A DNA stretch of 36,553 nt from an uncultured Eubacteriales bacterium. GTDB lineage: Bacteria; Bacillota; Clostridia; TANB77; CAG-508. A model generated the notes under the pieces. That model saw only the letters and a program-made list of their open reading frames with translations. It had not been told where the DNA came from and did not search any database. The position numbers and the translations under genes are program-made. Positions 8,559-17,907 of this stretch are shown piece by piece (within the stretch, counting starts at the first letter, position 1; each line of letters opens with the position of its first letter). Where the stretch lies: contig CACXCH010000051.1 of assembly GCA_902766085.1 (NCBI GenBank), positions 1 through 36,553 on the forward strand. Direction: 5' to 3'.

Positions 8559-9095
8559 TTATTCTGCCTGAAATGAAATTACGTAGTCATTGGCTCCATT
8601 TTCCCTTACTACAAATCTTTGAGTAAATTCTGTAAAATCAGAGTTTATTACATCATTTATTTTAGCTTGTACTAAATAAACTTCTCCCATTCGTTTTACT
8701 GATTCATAAGTCAAGCTTGGGTTTGATGGATATTTATTTTCTGCATAATTTTTAAAATCATCTAGTGTTTTGAAATAATTGTTTTTAAAGTTTTCGTTTA
8801 ATGTATTATAAGCCGATTCATAATCTTGGCTTTCTATCTGAGAGATAAATTGTCCTACGTAAGACTCTACTCTGTCTTCTTCACTCATATTTGTTATTTT
8901 GGTTGTAATTGCATTTTCATTTTGCTTTTCTATTTCTTCATTAGTTGTAGATGCTTCCTGCACCTTGGTTGTATTTTTGCTTTTGTTTATTCTTATGAGA
9001 ACAATTAAAACAATTATTATTAATATTGCTATGACTAAAAGTATTATTCTTAGTATTTTTTTTAGTTTCTCAGAATCGCTTTTTGTTTTTTCCAT
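8559..9095 (-). CDS. Bitopic membrane protein with a single putative NTF2-like ectodomain (VirB8-like candidate)
   Basis: The 178-aa protein has an N-terminal TM segment (ILLVIAILIIIVLIVLI). This is followed by FISQIESQDYESAYNTLNENF and then a beta-rich segment. Confidence 0.45.
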   Translation of the reverse strand: MEKTKSDSEKLKKILRIILLVIAILIIIVLIVLIRINKSKNTTKVQEASTTNEEIEKQNENAITTKITNMSEEDRVESYVGQFISQIESQDYESAYNTLNENFKNNYFKTLDDFKNYAENKYPSNPSLTYESVKRMGEVYLVQAKINDVINSDFTEFTQRFVVRENGANDYVISFQAE

Positions 9096-9139
9096 TTTAC
9101 TATTGTCCTTTCCAATTGTAAAATTCGTTATAAAAATGT

Positions 9140-10498
9140 TTATTCTTCATCCTGTACACCTGTTGTTTCAATTTTTATGCTTGGAGTTGTTGTTGAATCC
9201 TTTGCAATGCATAAATAAAGGTTAATTTCTTCATCTAATGTATATTCCATAGTTAAATCATATTTTATATAACCATTTTCTTCTGTTTTATTGTTTATGT
9301 TAGCCTGTATAAATTGTATTCCTTTGCTCCATCTCATTCCAACTATTTGGTTAGACAAATTTAAGTAATCATCAGCTGAGTATATTCCCATATTGTTAAT
9401 TGTCGTTTTGTTGTTGTCATAATATTGTCTAATTTTATTATATGATTTACCTGATGTTGAATCATTTATTTGCTTTACTGTTGTATTTACAAAATAGTCC
9501 AAGAAATTGCTTATTTCTTCTGATGTTACACTTCCTGTGTAATCATTATATATATTAGAATAGTCTCCCTTTGTTGTATCATTTCCAATTTTTGTTGAGA
9601 AATCAATGTAATTTGGATAAACATTAAATTTAAAATAATTGTTGTTCCCATCTGTTACTTCAAAAGTTACATATCTTGTTGATGATGTAGCCTTTACATT
9701 TATGTTTTGATAGTTAATAGTTATGTTGTTCATAAAAGATTTTAGTTCATCTTCGCTTTTAATTTGATTTGTTTCATCATTACTAATTATTTCATATGCA
9801 TGTTCAATATCATTGTCACATATATTTTTAAATAATTTTACAAAATAAACTCCGACTTCTTCATCATTTACATTATTAATAGTATACCCATTGTCATTGT
9901 TTTTTTCTATTGTTTTATCTTCTAAGTAAATTTCATTATCTGTGCTTGTATCATCAAATTGGGGGCAAATTGAATATGATTTGTTTTTTTGATCAAGTTT
10001 AATGCAAATAATATGTGTATCATAATCATCGCTATTTATACTTGAACCATCAATAAATCTAACAATATAGTTTTGATTTTCTACATATGATATTTTTTTT
10101 ATCAAATAATATGGCAATTCATATGAATTAAATAGTGACATAACATTTTGATTTGTAATATTATTATTATTTATAAAGTCTTTGTCTATTATATTCATTA
10201 ATCCATTATCATCTGATTGCTCTATTTTAGTAATATAGTTATCTACAATGTCAAAAATGCAGAAAATTTCATTTCTTGATTGTAGCTCTGTTGCATTTTT
10301 GCCAGAATTTAAAGTGTAATATGAAGTAAGATAATTAGTAGCAGTGGTAACTTGATTTGAATTTTTATCACCATCTATTTCGCTATTTGACTTATTTTTT
10401 CTAATGTTTATGATTTGATAACTTAAAGTAGATAAAATTAAAATAATAATTACTATAGTTATTATTATAAAAATTATTAGTTTATTTTTTCTTTTCAT
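9140..10498 (-). CDS. Bitopic membrane protein with about three repeated ectodomain modules (TcpC/VirB8-like candidate)
   Basis: The 452-aa protein has an N-terminal TM segment. Helix-then-beta modules recur, for example LFKNICDNDIEHAYEIIS. AAGGAG lies 5 nt upstream of the ATG. Confidence 0.45.
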   Translation of the reverse strand: MKRKNKLIIFIIITIVIIILILSTLSYQIINIRKNKSNSEIDGDKNSNQVTTATNYLTSYYTLNSGKNATELQSRNEIFCIFDIVDNYITKIEQSDDNGLMNIIDKDFINNNNITNQNVMSLFNSYELPYYLIKKISYVENQNYIVRFIDGSSINSDDYDTHIICIKLDQKNKSYSICPQFDDTSTDNEIYLEDKTIEKNNDNGYTINNVNDEEVGVYFVKLFKNICDNDIEHAYEIISNDETNQIKSEDELKSFMNNITINYQNINVKATSSTRYVTFEVTDGNNNYFKFNVYPNYIDFSTKIGNDTTKGDYSNIYNDYTGSVTSEEISNFLDYFVNTTVKQINDSTSGKSYNKIRQYYDNNKTTINNMGIYSADDYLNLSNQIVGMRWSKGIQFIQANINNKTEENGYIKYDLTMEYTLDEEINLYLCIAKDSTTTPSIKIETTGVQDEE

Positions 10499-10510
10499 TT
10501 TTCTCCTTTT

Positions 10511-11512
10511 TTATCCAATATCGACTGTATAATTACCTGGGTTTGCCATTTCAATATTAAAAGTCAATTTGTTTCCATTTTCATCTTGGCAAATTAGATT
10601 TATTGTTTCTCCATTGTAATTCTTAGAATAATTTGAAATTATATAATTTGCATATTTTTCATTATAGCTATTTCTTGCATTGCTTCCTGCAAACTCAATT
10701 TTAGGAGTTACTGCATTTACATTGTACATAATATTCAAGTTTTGTGAATTATTCACTACAAAACTATTAAATTTTTCGTATGTTGTAAATTTTTCCTCTT
10801 TTGTTGTTTCGCCTAGAAGCTCATAAGCTCCTTTGGTATAATTAAGCATCATGTTTATGTAATTACAACAATATTTTTTAGCAATATCCTGATCTGAATA
10901 AGTTTGATTAGCATAAAAATTACCTGATTTTTTGCTAATTGTTCTTGTTTTAAATGGAATAGAATATCTCCCCATAGTAATAATATTTTGATACTCTGTT
11001 TTATCTATAGGGTACAAATCAAGAGTGCTATTATTTAAATCGTTGCCTAAGATTGTATAAAAATCGTTGCCATCCACACTGCTTTTTATGTAATATTCTG
11101 CATAGTTATCATTTGAATTGTAAAAAACTTCCTTGGTTAAATATGAATTTACGTTAGTGCAAGAAATTAGAAAGGTAAAAACATTATTTTGTGTAATATC
11201 ATTTTTTTCAATATATTCATCTCTTAAATATTTTAATAATGTTTCTGTGTCCTTTTCGTTTATGGCTGTAATGTAATTTTCCATATATGTATCTATTGTA
11301 AAAAATTGGTCCATTTTTTCTACAATTGTTGGAAGGCTCTGCTCATCAACAGAGCCTTGTTCTGTATTATTATTTACCTGATTTGGGTTGTCTAAACTAT
11401 TCGAGTTATAATTGCTTCTACTCTTATTTATAGTTATGCTAAGAATCATTGCTAATGCTATTAAAATTATTAAAATTGCTATTATTAATTTAAGAATTTT
11501 TTTATTATCCAT
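10511..11512 (-). CDS. Bitopic membrane protein with two ectodomain modules (TcpC/VirB8-like candidate)
   Basis: The 333-aa protein has an N-terminal TM segment. Module starts include YMENYITAINEKDTETLLKYL and KKYCCNYINMMLNYTKGAYELL. Confidence 0.45.
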   Translation of the reverse strand: MDNKKILKLIIAILIILIALAMILSITINKSRSNYNSNSLDNPNQVNNNTEQGSVDEQSLPTIVEKMDQFFTIDTYMENYITAINEKDTETLLKYLRDEYIEKNDITQNNVFTFLISCTNVNSYLTKEVFYNSNDNYAEYYIKSSVDGNDFYTILGNDLNNSTLDLYPIDKTEYQNIITMGRYSIPFKTRTISKKSGNFYANQTYSDQDIAKKYCCNYINMMLNYTKGAYELLGETTKEEKFTTYEKFNSFVVNNSQNLNIMYNVNAVTPKIEFAGSNARNSYNEKYANYIISNYSKNYNGETINLICQDENGNKLTFNIEMANPGNYTVDIG

Positions 11513-11565
11513 ATATAGCCCTTCCTTTCATTTGATTAATAAGTGTATAAATAATACATTATTTT

Positions 11566-14500
11566 TTATTTTAAAAGCTTTTCTGGGTCTTGTGGAGTCG
11601 CTACGCCAAAGAATGTAGAAGTATCATTCACACTTATGCCTTGTTTATTATATCTTATTTCAAAATGTAAATGGGCTCCTTGTGCATTTCCATCAAGATT
11701 TTTATTTCCTGTGCTTCCTCCTGAAATTCCTATTTGTTCACCTTTTTTTACTTTAGTTCCATTGCTAACTGCAACTGAAGATAAATGTGCATATAGTGAA
11801 GCATATTGATTATTTTTATGATATATAATTACATATTGCCCATAGCCTGAAGGATCTGAATATTTATATAGCGTGCCATCTGCAATAGCATATACTGGAG
11901 CATTTACAACTGCAATGTCTATTCCTTTATGTGGTCTAGTTGTTCCATTTAATGTTCTAGCCAAAGTAAACTTTGAAGTTACAATTTTCGTCTTAGTTGG
12001 CCAACTGAATTGAGCAGATCCTGTATTTGTATCTGGATCCGGGTTAGACTCTGGGGTAGGACTTTGGTTACCATTTTTCTTTGTATAATCAATCTTAAAT
12101 ATAGTCTTAGCCCAGAAAAATAATCCAGTTTCTCCACCTACATAATTTGTTACCGTTTGTCTGTCATACCCAGGATAACCTATCATAAGATCATATACAT
12201 TATTTACTCCACCTGTGAAATGAATGCCATCTGCTAAGCTATACTTCTTTGAATATTTAATAATACCAAAGGGGTCATTTGAAGGTGTTGCCAATAAACG
12301 TTGGTTCTTAATATTATATACTGCATCTTTTATAGCCTTTTCCATTGATGAATATGCAGCAAATCCGTACTCTTTTCCTAAGTCTCCCTCTTTAGCAAGA
12401 TTCCAGTATCGGAAGTGAGCAGCACTCCATGATTGCTCTTTCATTGCTATACATGCCATAAATACTGGATTAATTCCTTCATTTATACAATAATCATATA
12501 GTACTTTATCGTTTTCTTTGAAATCATTTGCATGATTACCAAGATAGCCTTTTGGACAATTTTGTACAGCATTGTCAAAGTCTTCCCAAGAAATACTTGT
12601 ATCAGTTACAAATGTTAAATCTCCATTTGCATATACTCCATTGCTGTAATCAGTTGTATCTTTATTTGTACCACTTTCGTCTTTTAGTCCATATCCACTT
12701 TCATCTATTATTGGGGCATTTTCATCTGCTATTCCATGTTCTTTTAAAGCTTTTTCATCTGTAAGTGTGTAGGTGTTATCCATATAGTCTTCAATGTTGT
12801 CCTCTACTGTGTCGCTTTCTCCTCCTACTATTGTTTTGTTTATTCTTTGTAGCACTATTGTTACTTTATCTGTGGCTGTTCCTATTTTCTCGCCCCTGCT
12901 ATATTGCTTTGCTTGAGCTCCTGAAACCCCTTCTATTACCATTGTCCATCCATTTAATAAATCTTTCTTTATATTGTAAAAGTCATCTTTATATTTCATT
13001 GTGAGTGCATTAACAGCTTCATCTGAAAGTGATCCTAGTTTTAGTGTTACTGTTGTTCCTTCTACCTTTCTTACTTCACAGTCAATTGGAGCTAAGAAAT
13101 CCTTGCCGTTGACGTCACTTATTACAAGTCCATATTCATTTTTGTCCTTTGAGGTTGTTCCCGGTGCAGTTGGGGACTCATCTAAATCTTTATCAAATGG
13201 CCAAATTAAGATATGCTTTAAATCCTCTGTTATATCGTCTGCATTTAATGTATTTTCTTCTCCAATTGCCTCTGCAAGTTTTTCACTCGTTGCTAATTGT
13301 TTTAGCATTCTATATATTGTCTCAGAATCCTCTGTATCCATATTTTTTAATATTTCAAATCCAGAAAGAGTATCCCTCGTTGTTCCAAATGATGGTGTTT
13401 CTTTTGTTGCTAGCTGACCATTATCGTAGTCTGTTTTATCATCATCAGTAACACTTGTTTTTTCTCCGTGAAAGTAGTACGAGTCTTTGTTTTCGTCAAT
13501 TGCCTTTGCAGCTGCTATCTTTCTTGCTGTTTCTTCTGTTCCATCATATTTATAATATTTTTCCTTGAATAAAGCTATTAATTCTTTATTTGGTCCTACT
13601 ATATATGGTTCATTTACTTGATACCAAAAACCATTATCATCAGATATTAGTCCATCTATTTGAATTTGGAATCCTTGCAAATATGAGCTTCCATTTGGAG
13701 TAAATGTTACCCATTTTTTTGCTGATGTTGTTTTTTGATAAACTCCAGTATATTGATTATCACTTCCAGTAAAGTAAACATTATTGTTAGAGTCTTGTGC
13801 TGTGCCATCTTCACTAGATTTATTACCATCCCAAAACCAGTGTTTAGATACTCTAGTAATAAATGGTAAATAGAATGCTTTTCCTTTTGCCAAATCTGCA
13901 TATAACTCAGTTAATTCATTTAGCTGAGTTTTTGTAAGCCCCGAAATTCTTGATGCTTCATTTCCAGATAAATCTGTATTTTTTGGCTCTGATGGTATTC
14001 CTTCGAAAGTCTGTGAAGTTAAATAGTTTTTGCATATATAACTTGCTAATGAATCATTTGAACCAATATCGTTTTTGACACCGACTACTACTTTTTCAAT
14101 TGCTTCAGTGTCGTTGTTATCAATTATACCCTTTAAATATGTTTTACAAGCTTCGTCTGTTTGAGCATAGTCGCTGTAAGTTGAATCTGCAGTCGTTTGG
14201 CTTGAAGCTGATGAATAATTATTTTTTGCATCATCAAATAGACTAACTAAGTAATTAGCATAAGCTCTCATTACGTCAGATTTATTAATTTGAGTACCAT
14301 CACTAGTTTGTACAATCATGTTACTTGCATATAATGCTGTTTCTTGAAAGCTAATATGAACCTTTGTGTTAAAAGCATCACTTGTTGCTATTTGGTCTGT
14401 TAAGTCCGGCATCATTGTTGATAAGTGCAATGCTAGGAATAGTTCAAGAGGTCTTCCATATTTTGATGTCCAGCCATCCATTGAAAATGAATAATTATAA

Positions 14501-15753
14501 TTGTTTTGTCCTTTTATAGTTAACGCATGTGTGTTTTTATCTATACTTGTACTTCCTTTTCCTCTTAAGGCAATTAGTTCGATTAGAAAGTTACTAGCTT
14601 GGTTCTGTACATCATTAACTTCTATCATTCCTGTTGAATAATCTTTAGAATTAGCAGCAATTGTTGCAGAATCACTACTATTAATCAAGTTATCCAAATC
14701 ATCAAAAGCAGCGGAAAAATAACCTAAAAAGTTATCGGTTGCTTTAAAGTATGTACTCTGGTCTGCAGCCATGTAATCACGTAAATAATTTTTACTTTTA
14801 CTATTTTTAGTTATTGATTTTATTTTTTTTGCTTTTCCAGATGTAGTATTTGCTCCATAGGTGTTGCCTAAATCTTCATCACTTTCGCTATATTGTACAT
14901 CTGCAAATCCATATCCCTCAACATTATATCCCATATTTTCTAAATACTGTGCTAAGTCTATTACTTCATCTTCTGTTATATCTGTTTGGTTTCCATTAAC
15001 TTTTGAAATTAAAAAAGCACCTATTGAATTAGCTGTTTTTTTAATTTGTCCTATTACTTGTGACGGCATATTTTGGAAAAATAATATTATTCCAATAGCT
15101 AAAATAATTATTAAAATAACAATTACAATTGTTATTACTAAAGGTAAATTAGTCGCAACTGTTACAGCTTTTTTTGCATTTCCTGCGCTTACTCCTGCTT
15201 CATTTGAAGCTGTTTTTACTGCCTTCGAAGCTCTTTTTTCATTATTTGCATTTTTTCTTTCTTGCTTTTTCCTTGCTTTGCTTTGAGATGGGTCAGAGTG
15301 ATTATGCCTATTATAATAGTCTCTCTTTTGCTCAGGGGTTCTCTCATAAGGGTTGGTATAAGGCGTTCCTTTTGGAGTAGTTCCTGGAGAGTTTGGTTTG
15401 CTTTTTCCTTCTTGTACTCTTTTAGCAAGTCTTTCGGCTTTAGCCTGATCTTCTTTTTCTTTTTCTGCATTATTCTCTAGATGTCTTCTATAGCCTGGAC
15501 TTAGTTTTTCAAGCTCCTCTGGTGAATAATCTGAAAGTTTCTTTTCTTGTTTATTAGAATCATCACCCTGTAAGGGCTCCCTTCCGAAATTAGCAGGCTG
15601 AGTTGATTGTTGATCTTCTTGGCTCTGTTGTTGCTCTTCTTGTTGTTCTTGCTTTCTTTGTTCTTCTTCTTGTTGTTTTCTTGCTTTATTTTCAGCCTTT
15701 TTTTGTGCTTCTTTTTCAGCATTTTTTCTTCTTGCTCTGTAACTTTTAGCCAA
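11566..15753 (-). CDS. Giant membrane-anchored cell-wall hydrolase (PrgK/VirB1-like) with a C-terminal M23 peptidase and a possible lysozyme/glucosaminidase-like domain
   Basis: The protein is 1395 aa. A TTG start at 15753 has GAGGTG 7 nt upstream. The first ~200 aa form a K/E/Q-rich tail, followed by a TM segment (LPLVITIVIVILIIILAIGIILFF). M23 motifs HKGIDIA ... GYGQYVIIYH ... HLHFEIR map to 11569-12006. A tentative muramidase-like segment, GINPVFMACIAMKEQSW, maps to about 12100-12520. Confidence 0.75.
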   Translation of the reverse strand: MAKSYRARRKNAEKEAQKKAENKARKQQEEEQRKQEQQEEQQQSQEDQQSTQPANFGREPLQGDDSNKQEKKLSDYSPEELEKLSPGYRRHLENNAEKEKEDQAKAERLAKRVQEGKSKPNSPGTTPKGTPYTNPYERTPEQKRDYYNRHNHSDPSQSKARKKQERKNANNEKRASKAVKTASNEAGVSAGNAKKAVTVATNLPLVITIVIVILIIILAIGIILFFQNMPSQVIGQIKKTANSIGAFLISKVNGNQTDITEDEVIDLAQYLENMGYNVEGYGFADVQYSESDEDLGNTYGANTTSGKAKKIKSITKNSKSKNYLRDYMAADQSTYFKATDNFLGYFSAAFDDLDNLINSSDSATIAANSKDYSTGMIEVNDVQNQASNFLIELIALRGKGSTSIDKNTHALTIKGQNNYNYSFSMDGWTSKYGRPLELFLALHLSTMMPDLTDQIATSDAFNTKVHISFQETALYASNMIVQTSDGTQINKSDVMRAYANYLVSLFDDAKNNYSSASSQTTADSTYSDYAQTDEACKTYLKGIIDNNDTEAIEKVVVGVKNDIGSNDSLASYICKNYLTSQTFEGIPSEPKNTDLSGNEASRISGLTKTQLNELTELYADLAKGKAFYLPFITRVSKHWFWDGNKSSEDGTAQDSNNNVYFTGSDNQYTGVYQKTTSAKKWVTFTPNGSSYLQGFQIQIDGLISDDNGFWYQVNEPYIVGPNKELIALFKEKYYKYDGTEETARKIAAAKAIDENKDSYYFHGEKTSVTDDDKTDYDNGQLATKETPSFGTTRDTLSGFEILKNMDTEDSETIYRMLKQLATSEKLAEAIGEENTLNADDITEDLKHILIWPFDKDLDESPTAPGTTSKDKNEYGLVISDVNGKDFLAPIDCEVRKVEGTTVTLKLGSLSDEAVNALTMKYKDDFYNIKKDLLNGWTMVIEGVSGAQAKQYSRGEKIGTATDKVTIVLQRINKTIVGGESDTVEDNIEDYMDNTYTLTDEKALKEHGIADENAPIIDESGYGLKDESGTNKDTTDYSNGVYANGDLTFVTDTSISWEDFDNAVQNCPKGYLGNHANDFKENDKVLYDYCINEGINPVFMACIAMKEQSWSAAHFRYWNLAKEGDLGKEYGFAAYSSMEKAIKDAVYNIKNQRLLATPSNDPFGIIKYSKKYSLADGIHFTGGVNNVYDLMIGYPGYDRQTVTNYVGGETGLFFWAKTIFKIDYTKKNGNQSPTPESNPDPDTNTGSAQFSWPTKTKIVTSKFTLARTLNGTTRPHKGIDIAVVNAPVYAIADGTLYKYSDPSGYGQYVIIYHKNNQYASLYAHLSSVAVSNGTKVKKGEQIGISGGSTGNKNLDGNAQGAHLHFEIRYNKQGISVNDTSTFFGVATPQDPEKLLK

Positions 15754-15897
15754 ATTATTTCACCTCTTTTCTAGTATTGTTATATTTAAACTGCTAATTT
15801 TTCATCAAATTTTCTATCTTATTATTAGATTCTACATTTTATTTTTTACACTCTAATAAGAGTTTTTATTTCTATAATACCATTTTTGTTGTATCTT

Positions 15898-17907
15898 TTA
15901 ACTATTTTTCTTTCTATAGTATTTTTTTACATCTTTTACAGGCGATGCGATAACATCTGCAACATCTTTAGCCTTGCTCATTGCATTTTTTGCACCTATT
16001 TCAAGGTCTGTTGCCTCACTATATCCACCTGCTCTAATACTTGCAAAATCATTTGATATTTGGGTGTTTATGTTTTTATCACTCATTCCATTATTCTTAT
16101 AAGATCTTGAAAGCTTACCTATAGAGTCTTGTAGTTGTTCTTCTGCTTCTGTTTCTGGTTCTGCACCATTTGCAATTGCATCTGCTCTTTGTCTTACCAG
16201 CTCCTTTGCTTCTAAATCAATATCATCGCCTTCATCTCTTTCAATTTGGTCTCTATAAGAATTAGCCTGTGTTCTTTGTTCATCTGTTAATTCGTCAAAA
16301 CTGTCAATACCCATTTTCTGTCTAACTCTTTCATTAAGTATATCTTCTCTTGCTTCATTTTCTGCAGCTTTATAGGATTGCTGTAGGGCATGTCTGTTTC
16401 TATTTTCGCTATATTTTCGTCCACTAGCAAAACCATTTTTAATTGCACTTGCCCCTGCTGAAAGCATTGTTGTTGGTTCTCCTGTTGCCCCTGAAAGTCC
16501 AACGCCTAAAATCATCTTGCTTGCAATTTTGTTAGCCGTGACTCCAGCCTGAAATACTCCATTGCTTGTTACCTTAGAAAGAGCATTGTTAATTCTAGCA
16601 GTTCCTTTTTGTCCACTACCCACTTTACCTCCTTTTGCTAAAGCGTTTGCTCTTTGATTGTTATTTTCTCCTAATGTACCCGCATTAGGAGAAACATTCT
16701 TTCCAAAAGATTTTTCATTTTTAGTCTCATTTTGTGGAGTAATTGCTGTTTTGGATGTATATTTGTTTTTTGCCCCTGTTGCAATAGAATTAGCATTATT
16801 CATTATTGTCGCATAATATGCTGCATGTCCAACTGTGTCTGACATAGACTGAGGATTGAAACCAAAAATTAATTTAATAATTTTTTCTGCTTCATATAAG
16901 AATACAATCATTATAAATGCAACAACAACAGCTGATAGGCTTCTCTCTGTTGTCAAAATCTTCATTGCTGATTCTACTAAAGCTAAATATGCTGCACATT
17001 GAAATGGCTGTATTAATACATTGTATGCAAACTCCTTGAACCAATTATCTAATGCTTGAGATTTATTATCACCCATTTTGTCAAGTGAATATGTTACTGT
17101 TACAAGTGGTGAAATTACTATTAAAAATGCAATTGTAATCATACGTTTTAAGTACGCAAGCAAAAATACAAATGTCATTCCAACAAGTGCTAGATAAGCA
17201 AGAGCACTTCCAAGGCCTTCCGTAAACGATAGTGACCAAGAATTTACAAAGAACTGGTCAATCATATCTATAGTATCACCCTTGTTATTAGTTAACGCAG
17301 TTGCAAAAATGCTTACAAGCCTATTATTCATAACTATAACAAATTCCATTATATAATGCAATACAAATAGTAAAGCAATACTTATAAGCCAATTTACTAT
17401 CATTTCGCTATATCTTGCTTTTTCCTCTGCTGCAGTTGATATTGCCATTCTTAGCCCTGTATATAGTAGAATAACAAATAATATCGTAGCTGATAGGTTT
17501 CTTATGCCATAATACCATATTGCAACATTTTCTCTAATTGTTTTTACCATGCCATTTTGAGGATTTAAGTTGAAGAAATCAATTGATAAAATTTCAACTT
17601 TATTAAATAAAATCTCATCCAGTGTTAAGCTTAATCCATCTTCTGCAAATAGTCCCATTACCGTTTCTAGCGTTCTTCCTATTAATAGTGGAACTATTTT
17701 AGCAGGGTAAAGCAAAATTCCTGCTACACCATCTAGAAGAACATCTATAATATCCTGCTCTGTATCAGTTGTAGATTTCCATGTTTCTATTTGTTTTTGT
17801 AACTCATCATAGGAAATTTCTGTATAATTTGGAATTTCTCTTTTAGTTGTATCAATAGAATGTCCCTGTCCTCCGTCCTGCTGGTAAAAAAACATCATAT
17901 CCGTCAT
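15898..17907 (-). CDS. VirB6/TrbL-like polytopic membrane protein, C-terminal fragment of a frameshifted gene (paralog 1)
   Basis: The 6-7 TM core is shared with the other paralogs: LYPAKIVPLLIG, IRENVAIWYYGIRNLSA, LLYTGLRMAIS, ISPLVTVTYSLDKMGDNKSQAL and LIQPFQC. The listed start is nominal. The reading frame continues from ORF 17852..18637 after a 1-nt shift at the A7 run 17886-17892. Confidence 0.7.
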   Translation of the reverse strand: MTDMMFFYQQDGGQGHSIDTTKREIPNYTEISYDELQKQIETWKSTTDTEQDIIDVLLDGVAGILLYPAKIVPLLIGRTLETVMGLFAEDGLSLTLDEILFNKVEILSIDFFNLNPQNGMVKTIRENVAIWYYGIRNLSATILFVILLYTGLRMAISTAAEEKARYSEMIVNWLISIALLFVLHYIMEFVIVMNNRLVSIFATALTNNKGDTIDMIDQFFVNSWSLSFTEGLGSALAYLALVGMTFVFLLAYLKRMITIAFLIVISPLVTVTYSLDKMGDNKSQALDNWFKEFAYNVLIQPFQCAAYLALVESAMKILTTERSLSAVVVAFIMIVFLYEAEKIIKLIFGFNPQSMSDTVGHAAYYATIMNNANSIATGAKNKYTSKTAITPQNETKNEKSFGKNVSPNAGTLGENNNQRANALAKGGKVGSGQKGTARINNALSKVTSNGVFQAGVTANKIASKMILGVGLSGATGEPTTMLSAGASAIKNGFASGRKYSENRNRHALQQSYKAAENEAREDILNERVRQKMGIDSFDELTDEQRTQANSYRDQIERDEGDDIDLEAKELVRQRADAIANGAEPETEAEEQLQDSIGKLSRSYKNNGMSDKNINTQISNDFASIRAGGYSEATDLEIGAKNAMSKAKDVADVIASPVKDVKKYYRKKNS

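Noticed and set aside
11566-15753. A phage tape-measure or tail-lysin identity for the 1395-aa M23 protein, implying a prophage.
   Set aside because: No terminase, portal, capsid, tail or holin genes occur anywhere in the window. The neighbours are T4SS-type genes, and the protein has an N-terminal TM anchor like PrgK-type T4SS hydrolases.
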